A stretch of DNA of 63,400 nt, filler included, from Octopus bimaculoides (GCF_001194135.2; 5 parts of 5 records of this genome joined end to end with filler, not necessarily neighbours in it); one strand, 5' to 3'. Positions 27,778-41,435 are shown, counted from the whole stretch's first letter. Numbers and translations are program-made. Notes: generated from the sequence alone by a model not told the origin.

Positions 27778-28212
27778 GCAATACTGCATCTTTATGAGGA
27801 AATTAAAAGCGTCATCATTCTTTTCTTTAAATTGCTGATTCTCGCTAAAGAAGCACCACCGAAAGCAATTATACAAAGAAACAATTCTGAAAACTAATCA
27901 ACTGAACGCCCGCGAAGACATAATCTTTCTTGCAGCCAGCGAGAGGATATTTCGGTTGTCTTATTAAAAAAAAAAAAGCACAACCTAGTAATTTGATAAC
28001 TTGGCAGACCTTGACCTCGTTTTCCCCAAAGTAGCAAACAGCGATTGCAAGTTGAAAGCCAGGTGATCACATTATGCAAAGGAAGACATACGTATTGATT
28101 AGATTAGCTTAAAGTACATATGTACAGACACCGCTACAGATATGGGGAAGGAGAAAGAAATATATGCACAGGCACAATTCAATTTAAGACTCGTGTTTAT
28201 ACATCTACACAC

Positions 28213-28244
<32 letters not shown>

Positions 28245-30371
28245 AATATATATATTTACATATGTAAATACATACATACATACACACACATACATGCACA
28301 AACACATATATACATATATATATAAATGGAGTTAAACGCAGGTGTTATTCAAATTCTTGGAAGAAAATATATCTAGTGGAAGTGAAATGTAAGGAGAAAA
28401 TCAATGTTTAAATTATATATAATGGTAGATATCAGTTATATGAGTTTAGGCTTTTACTTAATATACATATAGTTATATACTTCTCATTTATTTGGTTTCT
28501 GATTTNNNNNNNNNNNNNNNNNNNNNNNNNNNNNNNNNNNNNNNNNNNNNNNNNNNNNNNNNNNNNNNNNNNNNNNNNNNNNNNNNNNNNNNNNNNNNNN
28601 NNNNNNNNNNNNNNNNNNNNNNNNNNNNNNNNNNNNNNNNNNNNNNNNNNNNNNNNNNNNNNNNNNNNNNNNNNNNNNNNNNNNNNNNNNNNNNNNNNNN
28701 NNNNNNNNNNNNNNNNNNNNNNNNNNNNNNNNNNNNNNNNNNNNNNNNNNNNNNNNNNNNNNNNNNNNNNNNNNNNNNNNNNNNNNNNNNNNNNNNNNNN
28801 NNNNNNNNNNNNNNNNNNNNNNNNNNNNNNNNNNNNNNNNNNNNNNNNNNNNNNNNNNNNNNNNNNNNNNNNNNNNNNNNNNNNNNNNNNNNNNNNNNNN
28901 NNNNNNNNNNNNNNNNNNNNNNNNNNNNNNNNNNNNNNNNNNNNNNNNNNNNNNNNNNNNNNNNNNNNNNNNNNNNNNNNNNNNNNNNNNNNNNNNNNNN
29001 NNNNNNTATATATATATATAGTGAGTGTATAGTGAGTGTATAGTAAGTGTATGAGTGTGTGCGTGTAAGTGTGTGTGTATGTGTGTCTGTGTATGTGTAT
29101 GTGTGTGTGTGTATGTGTGTATATGTGTATGTGTGTATGTGTGTGTGCATACATATACCAATTTCAAAGCTCAAGTTATTTTTGGTTCGTTAACGTCAGC
29201 TCTATTTTAATATATTCTTTTTATTAAGGCGGCGAGCTGGCAGAATTGTTAGCACTCCGGGCGAAATGCTTAACGGGGTCGATTAAATAAGTACTAGTTA
29301 CGTACTGGGGTCGATTGAATCGACTGATCCCCTCTCCCCAAATTTCGGGCCTTTATTTACGGGGAAATCATTCTTTAGAGAGATTTTATTGATCCAATTG
29401 TATTTCATATTTAGAATGAAATTACGAGTGTTTGAAGCCTGTGAGATGTGACTATTGAAATGTTTCGATTTTCAATCAATTAGTAAATCATAGAACAACA
29501 TACCTATTTATTTACGATAACATAATCCTGTCATCATTTAAATAAATATTACGGAAACATTTATCAAAAGAAAAAAAAAGAATTATTACTCCATCATTTT
29601 CTCTCCATATTTCAGCGATAATTCTTCTTGTGACATCTTTTGTCCGTTTCAAATATATTATTGCTTTATGTGTCAAAATTGGGGAAATATGTGGTGAAAT
29701 TTAAATACACACTGCTAGAGATGTCAAATAACTTCGAATATCTCTCGAATTTCTTTCTACTTCCTCATTTGTTAATATTTAAAATAAAGTTCTTTTTATA
29801 TTTTCAATGTTGTTCAAATATTTGTTTAGTTCTTTAAGTGTTCCTCATTCCGTCGCTTAAAATATTAATCAAACTGATTTTCAAATGCGATTTGGAAATT
29901 GACAGAGCGCTATCAGAAGATCTTACTAGGCCTGTAAGATCAGAAAATAGAATGGAGCAAGGGATGATTTTAACTCTGGTCCCACCTTAATCCTGACAAT
30001 TTCAGACACATAAGATGAGGACAAGAAATAACAAAAGAGCTGAGCTGTGCACACCGGAGGGCGCATCCTGCTATACATGCTAGATGCAGAGAGAATCTGA
30101 AGAAAGACATAAAGCATAGCTCATCCATTTCCTGAAAAAATCCAAATATTTGAGGTAAAAAAGCGGTAATGATTAGGGTGTTGTACCCACGATCGTGAGA
30201 TTCAATTCCAGGAACTAGTGGTGCGTTATGTTGTTGAGGAAAACATCTCATCTCACATTGCTCAGCGATCACTTGGATATCAACGGGTGGTAAACTTATG
30301 CAGGCTGAACAGTCTTTCTTGAACTACGAGAGACTAGCATCAGATATTTATATATTCTTTTATTCTTTTAT

Positions 30372-30592
30372 TCTTTTACTTGTTTCAGTCATTTTATTGT
30401 GGCCATGCTGGAGCACCGTCTTTAGTCAAAGAAATCGACCCCAGGACTTATTCTTTGTAAGCTTTGTACTTATTCTATCGGTCTCTTAGGCGAACCGCTA
30501 GTTTACGGGGTCGTAAACACACCAACATCGGTTGTCAAGTAATGGTGGGGGACAAACACAGACACACAAATACACGCACGCACACACGCACA

Positions 30593-30666
<74 letters not shown>

Positions 30667-30816
30667 CATACAACGGTTTTCTTTCCGTTTCCGCCGACCA
30701 AATCCAGTCACAAGGCTTTGGTCGGCCCGAGGTTAAGTTAGAAGACACTTGCCCAAGGTGCAAGTGTGACTCAACCCGGAAACGTGGTTGGGAAGTAAGC
30801 TTCTTACCACACAGCC
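30372..30816 (-). mobile_element. SINE family A
   Basis: Same motifs with an expanded internal microsatellite. Confidence 0.9.
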
Positions 30817-31306
30817 NNNNNNNNNNNNNNNNNNNNNNNNNNNNNNNNNNNNNNNNNNNNNNNNNNNNNNNNNNNNNNNNNNNNNNNNNNNNNNNNNNNN
30901 NNNNNNNNNNNNNNNNNNNNNNNNNNNNNNNNNNNNNNNNNNNNNNNNNNNNNNNNNNNNNNNNNNNNNNNNNNNNNNNNNNNNNNNNNNNNNNNNNNNN
31001 NNNNNNNNNNNNNNNNNNNNNNNNNNNNNNNNNNNNNNNNNNNNNNNNNNNNNNNNNNNNNNNNNNNNNNNNNNNNNNNNNNNNNNNNNNNNNNNNNNNN
31101 NNNNNNNNNNNNNNNNNNNNNNNNNNNNNNNNNNNNATATATATATATATATATATATGAATTATGAGTTAGAGGTTATGCAACCGTTTAAGGGATAAAT
31201 GTATCCATAGGCACAACTGGTGCTGTACCTAACTATGTATAGGCTTTGCTATAAGGTTAACGGTAGTTTGTAATTTAAGGGTAAACCGTGGTGATATATT
31301 CAGACA

Positions 31307-31775
31307 AGGTAAGAGAAGAAATGGAGTAACATGTAGCAATTAGAAGTTGATTATTAGTATTGAATGATCATAGTTTAATTATGGTTAAGATAACATTTAC
31401 AGCTTATGGTTAAGATAACATTTCATCAACTTGAAGCAACCGTACACACACGTGCCATCTTTTAAGGACGCAAAAATGTAAGCCTAAACACCTAACAAAC
31501 CTTTTCCCTTTTCCCTTTTTCCTTTTTTCATTTTTTCTCTTTTTCCTTTCTTTTTTACTCCTGTCAGCCTTCAATCTCCCGTCAATATTCGTCTGGTAAA
31601 GTTCAAATCATTCTGATGATGTTTGTTACATGGAACGAGATAAACGCAAATTTACCTAAAAAATAACAAACAGAAACAGCTGTAAATGTTTATTTAACCA
31701 TAATTAAACTATGATCATTCAATACTAATGATCAACTTCGAATTTTTACAGGTTGCTCCATTTCTTCTCTTACCT
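31307..31775. mobile_element. Unclassified MITE-like element with ~95-bp imperfect TIRs
   Basis: aggtaagagaagaaatggag...acatttacagct versus agctgtaaatgt...ctccatttcttctcttacct. Confidence 0.75.
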
Positions 31776-32063
31776 CATATATATGCACACGTGAGTGGAC
31801 AAAGGAAAGAAAGTGGCACTAAACGCATTTAGTCGGAGTTAACTGTATTATTATTTATAACATTTCGATTCGTTCTCATGTGAGTTAAAGTTTCATAATT
31901 CAACATTGCTTTTCATGCTTTCGGGGTCGATAAAATAAGTACCAGTTGAGTAGTGGAGGTCAATCGACTTGCCCACTTCCCCCGAAATTGCTGGCCTTCT
32001 GTCAAAATCCGAAAACTAATAGCAACAGCAACAACAACAACAATAATAATAATAATAGTAGTA

Positions 32064-32092
<29 letters not shown>

Positions 32093-32094
<2 letters not shown>

Positions 32095-32590
32095 GCCTTT
32101 GCTCAGCTTCTAACGCTGGAGATGTCCTATGGTATCAGCTGTTCACTACCAGTGAAATAAGGTAACACCCCATATTTTTCGAGCACCATCCGGAGTATTC
32201 GAGCATTTCCAAGCAGTGCTGTTTTCTGCAAGTGCTCCACCCGTATTGCAGCCCCTATTTGTTCCATGTACTTCTCAAGATTTTTACTCACTGTTCCCAG
32301 GGCTCCGACAGTTATTGGTACTACTACTACCTTTTGCATCGACCACAAATCTTTAACCTCCCAAACTAACCTGTCATATCTCTCGACTTTTCTTTCTTCC
32401 TTGTTGTCAGCTGGGCATGCTATATCTACGATCCAGCATCGTTTGCTTTCTTTCTCAATTAACACTATGTCTGGTTTCCTATATTCGATGATGCATTCGG
32501 GTTTATGTTCGTACCACTTTTTTGCTCTGTCAAGTCCATATTTGTTGGAAAGAGTCCAATGGACAATCCTTGCTATATTGTCATGATATC
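32093..32590 (-). mobile_element. R4/Dong-clade LINE 3' end (restriction-like endonuclease)
   Basis: HDNIARIVHW..KWYEHKP..RKPDIVLIEK..IVDIACP..KVERY..VVPITVGALG..LQKTALLG.ARILR; flanked by (ATT)n. Confidence 0.9.
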
Positions 32591-34269
32591 TTTTATATTT
32601 TTGTTGTTGTTATTATTATTATTATTATGAAAACCACAAGTCTTGTGCAATACAGCTACCCAGGGATTTCTGATCGAAATATTAATCTATTTCGCCATTT
32701 TTCAAGCTGACGTCTTTATCCTCTTTTTTTTTTTTTTGCTGATTGAATGCTATCCTACTTGCAGATGCCTTACTACGCGGTATATATTTGTAAAGTCCCA
32801 GTTTCTTCCTCATCAATAAATTTGCTCCTACTCTCGCTATAGAATCACATCATTATTAGATGTTCAGTTATTCTTAAAAGTGCTTGAAAATAACATTATG
32901 TTAACACACACACACGCACGCACACAGTCACTCACATACACATACGCACACACAGTTACATTAACAGATGCATAGAAAGTGGAGTGCGTATTATAGTGCT
33001 GGTATCTTTGCAAAAGGATATGTGTGTGTGTGTATGTATGTATATGCATATATGTATATATGTGTGTTGATAAAGAAGTAGAGAGATTTTGCCTGTAAAC
33101 GTGTTGCCTGTAAAACGAAGACGAAACAGAAAATAGAACAAAAATAAAATTTGAAAATGCACAAAAAAGAAACAAACAAAACTAAAATATCACCATGAGA
33201 GTAGATAATTACATCCGACAGCATACAGGGTAGCCATTCACTCTTCACATATATAAGATGATAATCGATATTTTCCATTTTAAAATAAGGTTTCAGGACG
33301 TTATGTGTGAAACTTGTAAGCGTTCTTCTTCCGTCGTTCTTTTTCTACCGCGTTTCTGTTCCTCTTGTTCTTGTCGTTGCTCGTGTTGTCACAGTTACAG
33401 TTGTTGTTGCAGCGATGTTTCTCTTTCTATATTTTGCTACGATTTTTGTCATGCTGCTATCGAAACTCTTCCTGCCAACGTACGAGTATTTATTCCTCCT
33501 GTTGTGTGCTTACACTTGTTATTTGCTATTTTCGTATTTGTAATTGTTGCTGTTGTTGCTTCTACTTGTTGTTGTAGTTTAGCCTCAGTTTAGCCTTGAT
33601 TAAGTAACCTTAACATTGTAGGCATTCCAATCGTGGAAAGAAGATAAGGCAGGCCTATAGCAGGGGCCCTTATATGCGCTACTACTCAGGGTCAGAGTTT
33701 ACCTGCGAACAATAGTATTCAAGGAGGGGTTCCATACTGCTCAAAACCCTGGAACTTCCGAATCCATGCTCTTCATCATGACTGGAATATCTGGGACCAC
33801 ATCATTACATAATGTATTTTCCCCTTTTTTAAGACGACAAAGCGTGTCAACTAAGAGCTATCGGCTGTTTCTGGCAAAACTAGCCACGTGATGGAGATCT
33901 CGTTGAGTCATGTTTCTGGTTGTTGTTATAGTTATTGTTGATAAGGATATCAGTTCCCTTTATTTTAAAGAGAGTATATATTTAATTAATTCCTCCCGGT
34001 CTTTCTAAACCCAGTTCATGGGTCAGAAAATGTCACCAAATTTTATGTGCCTTCTGTAGCAAATTAAGATTCTATTAACTTGAAGTGTGAAATATGTTTC
34101 TTGGCGGAACCGGCTTTTCTACGAGCAACTAAAATTTCTATCACAAACGTTCTCCAAAATAATTTTGAAACAGCTTGCATGGACTGAAGATGACTTCCGT
34201 TCTGCACCAACTCTACTCCAGTTTCCCCAAGATAGCAATTTACTGACATTTTTCATTGTCAGCCTTCAG

Positions 34270-34599
34270 ATAACCGAAGAGGGAAATAGGAGAATATCCA
34301 GCGTCATGGTTACCTTCTGCAGCAACAATGATTCATCCACCATTTTAATGTCACGTGATGATCGCTTTGCAATCTCATATGAAGCCTCCAGCATTGGTCG
34401 AGCAAATAACAATATGAAAAACATCAGCAACACCACCAGCGCAACTGACATCAACAACAGCAACAACAACAACGGCAAAGATATCGACTCCACCAACTTT
34501 AAGACTAAGATTAATGACACTACAAACATAATGATAAGCTTTGCTCGTTTGACCACGCTGCAGGCACACGACCCCAGCGTTTGTTTGAGGTTAAAATGA
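34270..34599 (+). CDS. Candidate gene B terminal exon ITEEGNRRISSVMVTFCSNNDSSTILMSRDDRFAISYEASS...VCLRLK-stop (weak CUB-like C-terminal half)
   Basis: Branch-like actgac plus ttttcattgtcagccttcag|, 109 codons, AATAAA 4 nt after the stop; the CUB resemblance is by eye only. Confidence 0.35.
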   Translation: MTEEGNRRISSVMVTFCSNNDSSTILMSRDDRFAISYEASSIGRANNNMKNISNTTSATDINNSNNNNGKDIDSTNFKTKINDTTNIMISFARLTTLQAHDPSVCLRLK

Positions 34600-34764
34600 G
34601 GCAATAAAAGACAGAAGGAATCATAACGATTCTTTTAGATCCAGAATTCTATCAGCAATGTAACTGATCTACGTGATCAGAGGAGCGCTTTCATAGAACG
34701 TATCAAATATCAAGTTTATTTTATGCATCCACACTATTTACACATGAGTATGTTATGCACGCAG

Positions 34765-34802
<38 letters not shown>

Positions 34803-34809
34803 CTCTCTA

Positions 34810-34863
<54 letters not shown>

Positions 34864-35137
34864 ATATATATATACACATGAATGTGTGCACGATATTAAT
34901 CTAACCTAATACAAGTCCGTCACGGCTACCTGCAACTCATGCATTGAAGTTGGCAGAAATCGGGTAAACATTTGCATAAGTGTTTACGTGTTTACTTATG
35001 CGTGCAAACACACACGCCCAAACACACACGCAAACACNNNNNNNNNNNNNNNNNNNNNNNNNNNNNNNNNNNNNNNNNNNNTTAATTAATTAANNNNNNN
35101 NNNNNNNNNNNNNNNNNNNNNNNNNNNNNNNNNNNNN

Positions 35138-35470
35138 TGGTGGTAGTGGTGGTGGTGGTGGTGTTGGTGGTGGCAGTGACGGTGGTGGTAGTGGTGGTGG
35201 TGGTGGTGGTGGCAGTGACGGTGGTGGTAGTGGTGATAGTGGTGGTGGTGGTGGTGGCAGCAGTAGCTATGATGATGATGAGGAGGAGGAGGAGGAGGGT
35301 GATGACGATGATGACGATGATGATGTTTATGATGGTGATAGAGGAGATGATGATGATTATGATGGTGATGGTTGTGGTTATGATTTTTAATGGAGAAGAG
35401 AAAGCAGAAAACAACAACAGCAGCAGCAGCAGCAGCAATAGTGACAACTATAACAACAACAACAACAAGA
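35138..35470. repeat. (GGT)/(GAT)/(CAA) trinucleotide mosaic
   Basis: Direct inspection. Confidence 0.9.
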
Positions 35471-35504
35471 GTTGCTAGCAACAAACAAGTTGCCTCAATA
35501 TCAT

Positions 35505-35790
35505 CATCATCATCATCATCATCATCATCGTTTAACGTCCACTTTCCATGCTAGCATGGGTTGGACGATTTGACTGAGGACTGGTGAAACCGGATGGCAA
35601 CACCAGGCTCCAGTCTAATTTGGCAGAGTTTCTACAGCTGGATGCCCTTCCTAACGCCAACCACTCTGAGAGTGTAGTGGGTGCTTTTACGTGTCACCCG
35701 CACGTAATGTATATAATATTGTCACATCATCATCATCATTGTTTAACGTCTGTTTTTCCATGCTGGCATGGGTTGGATGGTTTGACAGGT
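35505..35790 (-). mobile_element. RTE-tail short copies (two)
   Basis: (cat)n cgtttaacgtccactttccatgctagcatgggttggac motif. Confidence 0.8.
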
Positions 35791-36941
35791 TCCAATATCT
35801 GGCCCAAATATTCTACCTGCTTTATGTTCAAACTGACCAGATTTAACCTCTCACACAATCCTACAATGTCATTCTAAAAATCTACATGCACTGAAATCTT
35901 GAAGCTACAAGATTAATGGATGATTAATCCAAAATAATTCTTTCTACTGGAAGAAGAAGGTCTCAAATTTGGGGGAAGGGATTACGCCGATCAGATCGAC
36001 CCCAGTGTGTAACTGGTACTTACTTAATCGACCCTGAAAGGACGAAAGGCAAAGTCAACCTCGGCCAAATTTGAACTCAGCGTGCTAATGATTCTGCCAG
36101 CTCACTGCCTTTGATTAATTCAAAAATAATGTGAATAAATAAGCCTTACATTTGACAGAGTAATCTCAATGCTAAGGGGTTAAATGACTCCATCATGTAT
36201 TTTTAATGTTTGACTTGTCTCTTTAATGCATTTATAAAACCTTTATTAGTTTCTCTATATTTTATTTTAAATAAGAGCACTCAGAGAGCGCAAACTTCTG
36301 CCAAGGCAACACCAACGTTCTCTCAATGATTAGCCGGAGATGATTTTTAAAATGAGAATATCTGAAATAAACTTGACTGCTCTCACAAACAAGAATACTA
36401 AAAATTAACCTGACCGCTCTCAAAAATTAAGTAAAAAAATCCGGAAAAATAATCAAGAATCCTTGACTGGTACTTGATCGATTCCAATGGTAGTCATGGA
36501 ATGTGAAGTGGCTGTAGAAAATTTAGTCACAGTTATAAATAGTTTATCCTAAAATTTATTTTTACGAAAAGTTTAGTAAAAATAAATAAGCAAATGAGTG
36601 GAAATCAGACCGGTGAGTGTGTTAAATCAACATGGCATTAAAAGAGAATGACTCTCCTCAGACACAATAAAATATGCTTCAACACACGAACTCACATAAA
36701 GAATCTTGCAAACTAAATACAAAAACGAAATATACATATGTACACACATATATATATATAAAAATAGAATTTCTGGCCAATTTATATCTTCTTGCTCAGA
36801 GTTTTGTGCCTTGAGGTAATCATCAGATGTAGCTAATGGTGAGAACTCCAGGAAAGTTGGATTATACAGCAGTATAGGTACAATATGTTGTTGGCTTTAG
36901 ACTGGTTATCATGTGTGTGTGTGTATGTGTGTGTAGCTCGC

Positions 36942-36976
<35 letters not shown>

Positions 36977-37439
36977 NNNNNNNNNNNNNNNNNNNNNNNN
37001 NNNNNNNNNNNNNNNNNNNNNNNNNNNNNNNNNNNNNNNNNNNNNNNNNNNNNNNNNNNNNNNNNNNNNNNNNNNNGATAGATAGATAGATAGATAGATA
37101 GACAGATAGATAGACAGACAGACAAATAGATAAACAGGTTCTTGATTGAACCATTTGCCTGTCCAAGCAAATTTCATCTTAAACGTCCATGCTCGTTTTC
37201 AGAGTTTTGGTAGGTAGGCCTATTTGAAATGCTGTGCGTAATACAAAGCTTTCCTTTCGTAAGCCCAAAGTTACTACGGAGGTTGAAAAAGAAAAAAATA
37301 ATTGGAAATGTGTTTCATATGATGCTGCTTGGATGCCAGGGAAATATATCCTTTGTACCACATGTGATACACAGGAGAGGCAGAGGGTTAATAAATGGAT
37401 TTCATTGTCTAATATATACATCTCATGAGCTGCTGGAAT

Positions 37440-37529
37440 TCATAGCATGGATCCAGTCTGATAATCATCCAGGTCTTTGAGATCTTCACTCAACGAGGCC
37501 ACAAGTTGTTCCATTAAAACATCCAAAGC
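37440..37529 (-). CDS. Gene A terminal exon ALDVLMEQLVASLSEDLKDLDDYQTGSML-stop
   Basis: Acceptor ttattctatttgcag|, phase 0, TGA at 37442-37440. Confidence 0.85.
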   Translation of the reverse strand, partial: ALDVLMEQLVASLSEDLKDLDDYQTGSML

Positions 37530-37849
37530 CTGCAAATAGAATAAATAACATTTAGGAATATATTCCTTCTTCAATTTTTCAATTTTCTCCATTTCCTACT
37601 CAGATGTTGTTTAACCCTGGGCTGACCCAGCTAAAGCAGATCTATGATCAAAGGCATACCAACTGGTGGGTGGGGGTGGGGGCAGTCAAACCATGTCTTA
37701 ATTAGTGATGTATATACGAGAATGGAGGTGGGGGTTAGGGTTAGGGTTAGGGTTGTGAAATATGTATAAATCCAGGGTTCTCAACTATTTTTTTAGTTAT
37801 GGACCCCTTTGGTTCCTGTTTTATTCTACTGGACCCTCTGGACTGGCTC

Positions 37850-38109
37850 CCCCACTGGACTGGCTCCTGTGCAGGTGGCACATAAAATACACCATCTTGA
37901 GCGTGGCCGTTGCCAGTTCCGCCTGACTGGCCTTCGTGCTGGTGGCACGTAAAAGTACCCACTACACTCTCGGAGTGGTTGGCGTTAGGAAGGGCATCCA
38001 GCTGTAAAAACTCTGCCAAATCAGATTGGAGCCTGGTGCAGCCATCTGGTTGCACCAGTCCTCAGTCAAATCATCCAACCCATACCAACATGGAAAGCAG
38101 ACGTTAAAC

Positions 38110-38140
<31 letters not shown>
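37850..38140 (+). mobile_element. RTE-tail copy nested in a hAT-type MITE
   Basis: ...ccaacccataccaacatggaaagcagacgttaaacg(atg)n. Confidence 0.8.
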
Positions 38141-38142
<2 letters not shown>

Positions 38143-38244
38143 AGAACCCTATTGAATTTTTACTACTAAATATTATTAGGAATTGTATAAAAGATTGCTC
38201 AAATATTTTGTGTACTGTAGAAATATAACCAGTTTATTATGTGA

Positions 38245-38570
38245 AGGTGTATGGCTCAGTGGTTAGAGCATCAGATTCACAATCATGAGGTAGTGAGTTC
38301 AAATCCCAGACTGGGCTGTGTATCATGTTCTTGAGCCAGACACTTTATTTCACATTGTTCCAATTCATTCAGCTGTAGAAATGACTTGTGACGTCACTGG
38401 TGCCAAACAGTATCGGCCCCTTTGCCTTTCCCTTGGAAAACATTGGTGGCATGGAGAGGGGTGGCTGGTACGCATGGGTGACTACTGGTCTTCCATAAAA
38501 CAACCTTGCCTTGGCAGATAACTTTCTAAGTGCCATCCTATGGTCATTCACGATTGAAGGGGGTCTTTAA
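38245..38570 (+). mobile_element. tRNA-derived SINE family C (related heads at 50590-50730, 30140-30240, 20790-20885(-))
   Basis: A-box tggctcagtgg, B-box gagttcaaatc, then tgttcttgagc..gacacttta core. Confidence 0.75.
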
Positions 38571-38697
38571 CTAATTTAGTGCTCATAAATTTTAACAACA
38601 AAATCTTGTGTGGATTCCTTAAGGGCCATATGGACCTCAGTCACAAGTCCCCGTGCAATATATATCCAATTGATACAAAACTCAAAGGTCTACTTAC

Positions 38698-38810
38698 AAT
38701 GTCTGTTACTGCATTCAGCTGAACATTCTGCAACATCTGGCATTCCTGTGTCACTGCACATGTGGTAAACATGTGGCACTGATGGTCCAAAACAGCATTC
38801 AGGATCATTG
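38698..38810 (-). CDS. Gene A exon 8 (A)MILNAVLDHQCHMFTTCAVTQECQMLQNVQLNAVTDI, phase 1-0
   Basis: Acceptor ttcataactgcag|, donor ATT|gtaagt; phases match both neighbours. Confidence 0.88.
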
Positions 38811-39839
38811 CTGCAGTTATGAAAGCTCAATAAGAAATCAACCAAAGTATAGTGGTGTGTGTTGTGTGCATGCATGTGTGTGTGTGCATGTGTGTGTATG
38901 TGTGAATGCACATATATGCATGTGTAGGTTGCCTGGACATTATGGCTTCCAAGTGGTGGGTTACCATAGGCCTGGTTACCCGGTTCCCAGGCTGTATAAC
39001 TGACTGAGATCACAACACTGCCTCTGAATGGGGCACCTGTCCATCACAGGGTGACCCATTTACGGCTGAGTGGACTGGGGCAACATGAATACTGGCTCAA
39101 GAACACAATCAACCATGGCTGTATTGCCCACACAGTTTGATTGCATTTAAACTCTTACAATAATGTCAACACACTCTCTCCCACTCTCTCTCTCTCCCTC
39201 TCTCCCTTCTCTGTCTCTCTACCTCTCTCTCTCCCTCTCTCCCGCCTCACTCTCTCTCCCTCTCTTTCTCCCTCCTCTCTCTCCTCCTCGCTCACCCTCT
39301 CCCTCTCTCTCCCTNNNNNNNNNNTGATTGCATTTAAACTCTTACAATAATGTCAACACACTCTCTCCCACTCTCTCTCTCTCCCTCTCTCCCTTCTCTG
39401 TCTCTCTACCTCTCTCTCTCCCTCTCTCCCGCCTCACTCTCTCTCCCTCGTCTCTCTCTCTCTCTCTCTCCCTCATTTCTCTCTCTCCCTCTCTTTCTCC
39501 CTCCTCTCTCTCCTCCTCGCTCACCCTCTCCCTCTCTCTCCCTCCCACCTCTCTCCCTCTGTCTCTCTCTCTCTCTCTCTCCTCCTCTCCCTACAGTTGA
39601 TAATTTAATTCATCAGAGACGTGTTTCATGTCCTTCACACATTTTCAGGACAACACAGATGTATTTGGGTCAACACAGATGTATTTAGGTCAGTGTGCCC
39701 TGGTTTACTGCAACAGATTTGTAAGTTAACAAATATTTAGGTCAACTCACACATTTCATGGAACACACAAAACAGATTTAGCTGAAACACACTTGGTTTC
39801 AGTTGAACAACATGTACAGTATTACACACTCATATTTAG

Positions 39840-40515
39840 GTCAATGCACACGCACACATGCACGCACACACACATATACACACAACACACACACACGTGC
39901 ACAGATGCACACACAACACACACACACAACATGCACATACACACGCGCAAATACACACGTGCAAATACACACACACAACACACACCCGCACACACACAAC
40001 ACACACACACACAAATACACTCACAACACACACAAACACATACACACGCACACACACAACATACACGCACACACACACAACACACATGCACAAATACACA
40101 TGCACACACAAATACACATACAACACGCACACACAACACACACACAAACACACACACACGCACAACACATGCACACACAACACACACACATGCATGCACA
40201 CATACATACATATACACACAACATGCACACACACATACGTGCACAGATGCACACACAACACACACGCACACACATACAACACACTCACAACACACACACA
40301 CGCAATTACACACACACAACATACACACACACAAATATGTACACACACATGCACACTCATAGCACATACACACACGCATACACACAACACTCAACACACA
40401 CAAATACACACACACACACAAACACACACACAACACACACACACGCACACACACAACACATGCACACACACACAACACATGCACACACACACAACACATG
40501 CACACACGCACACAA
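39840..40515. repeat. Long degenerate (CA)n / CACAA tract
   Basis: Direct inspection; explains the overlapping H/T and C/V ORFs. Confidence 0.95.
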
Positions 40516-40599
40516 ATATCTAGTGTAACACACTTATTAAATTCTACACACCCAAATTTAATTCAACCCAGATTCTGTTCAAACACACAGATTTATGTA

Positions 40600-41050
40600 C
40601 AGGCATGACTGTGGTAAGAAGCTTGCTTCCCAACCACGTGGTCCTGGGTTCAATCCCACTGTGTGGCATTTTGAACAAGTGTCTTCTACTATAGCCTTGG
40701 ACTGACCAAAGCCTTGTGAGTGGATATGATAGATGGAAACCGAAAGAAGCCTGTTATGGAAGTGTGGTGTGTGTTGTGTGTGTGTGTGTGTGTGTGTGAG
40801 TGTGTGTGTGAGTGCATGCACACGTGTGTGTGTGTGTCTTGTCTTTATGTCTATTTGTTTGTCCCCCACCACAGCTTGACAACTGGTATTGGTTTGTTTA
40901 CATCCCTGAACCTCAGCAGCTCAGCAAAAGATTTGGTAAAGCACCAGGCTTGAAAGAGAAGTGCTGGGGTTGATTTGTTTGACTAAATACTTTTTAAGGC
41001 AGTGCCCCAGCATGACCACAGTCCTAAGACTGAAACAAGTAAAAGATAAA
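40600..41050 (+). mobile_element. SINE family A
   Basis: Same motifs. Confidence 0.85.
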
Positions 41051-41435
41051 AGATTTAAATTCAAACAGCCACACTGATTTAAGGGTGACACACACATTTA
41101 GTTCTGCTGTTTCAGTCTCCTCCTCCTTTTCTACCGCCACCACCACCACCACCGCTGCCGCCGCCATTCTCCGGAACTGTTTGTATTTTCCCAACAATTT
41201 TCTCCCTACCCACTGCAGGGGTTAGATTTCATGTTGCTAAGCAGCAACACTTCAATGAGACCCAATATTTTTAGGTTCAAATATGTGCCCCAGGATAGAG
41301 GAGTGCTGTTTTTACTTCTATCTTACCAGTGCTGTATTGACCATTAAACAAAATAGGCCATGTGCTTAGGGAATCAAGGGAAGGAGGGGGCACCACTAGA
41401 AATAATAAATGGTTTATGGCACAAAAAAAATCACT

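Noticed and set aside
36795-36835. Minus-strand CTGATGA motif followed by a partial hairpin
   Set aside because: GAAA, stem II and stem I are all damaged; at most an old pLTR relic.
37733-37755. TTAGGG x3 telomere-like run
   Set aside because: Too short to indicate an interstitial telomere.
38250-38315. tRNA-like A and B boxes
   Set aside because: SINE head; no complete cloverleaf or acceptor stem.
39141-39540. Apparent tandem duplications across short gaps (also 52571-52687)
   Set aside because: Typical unmerged contig overlaps.
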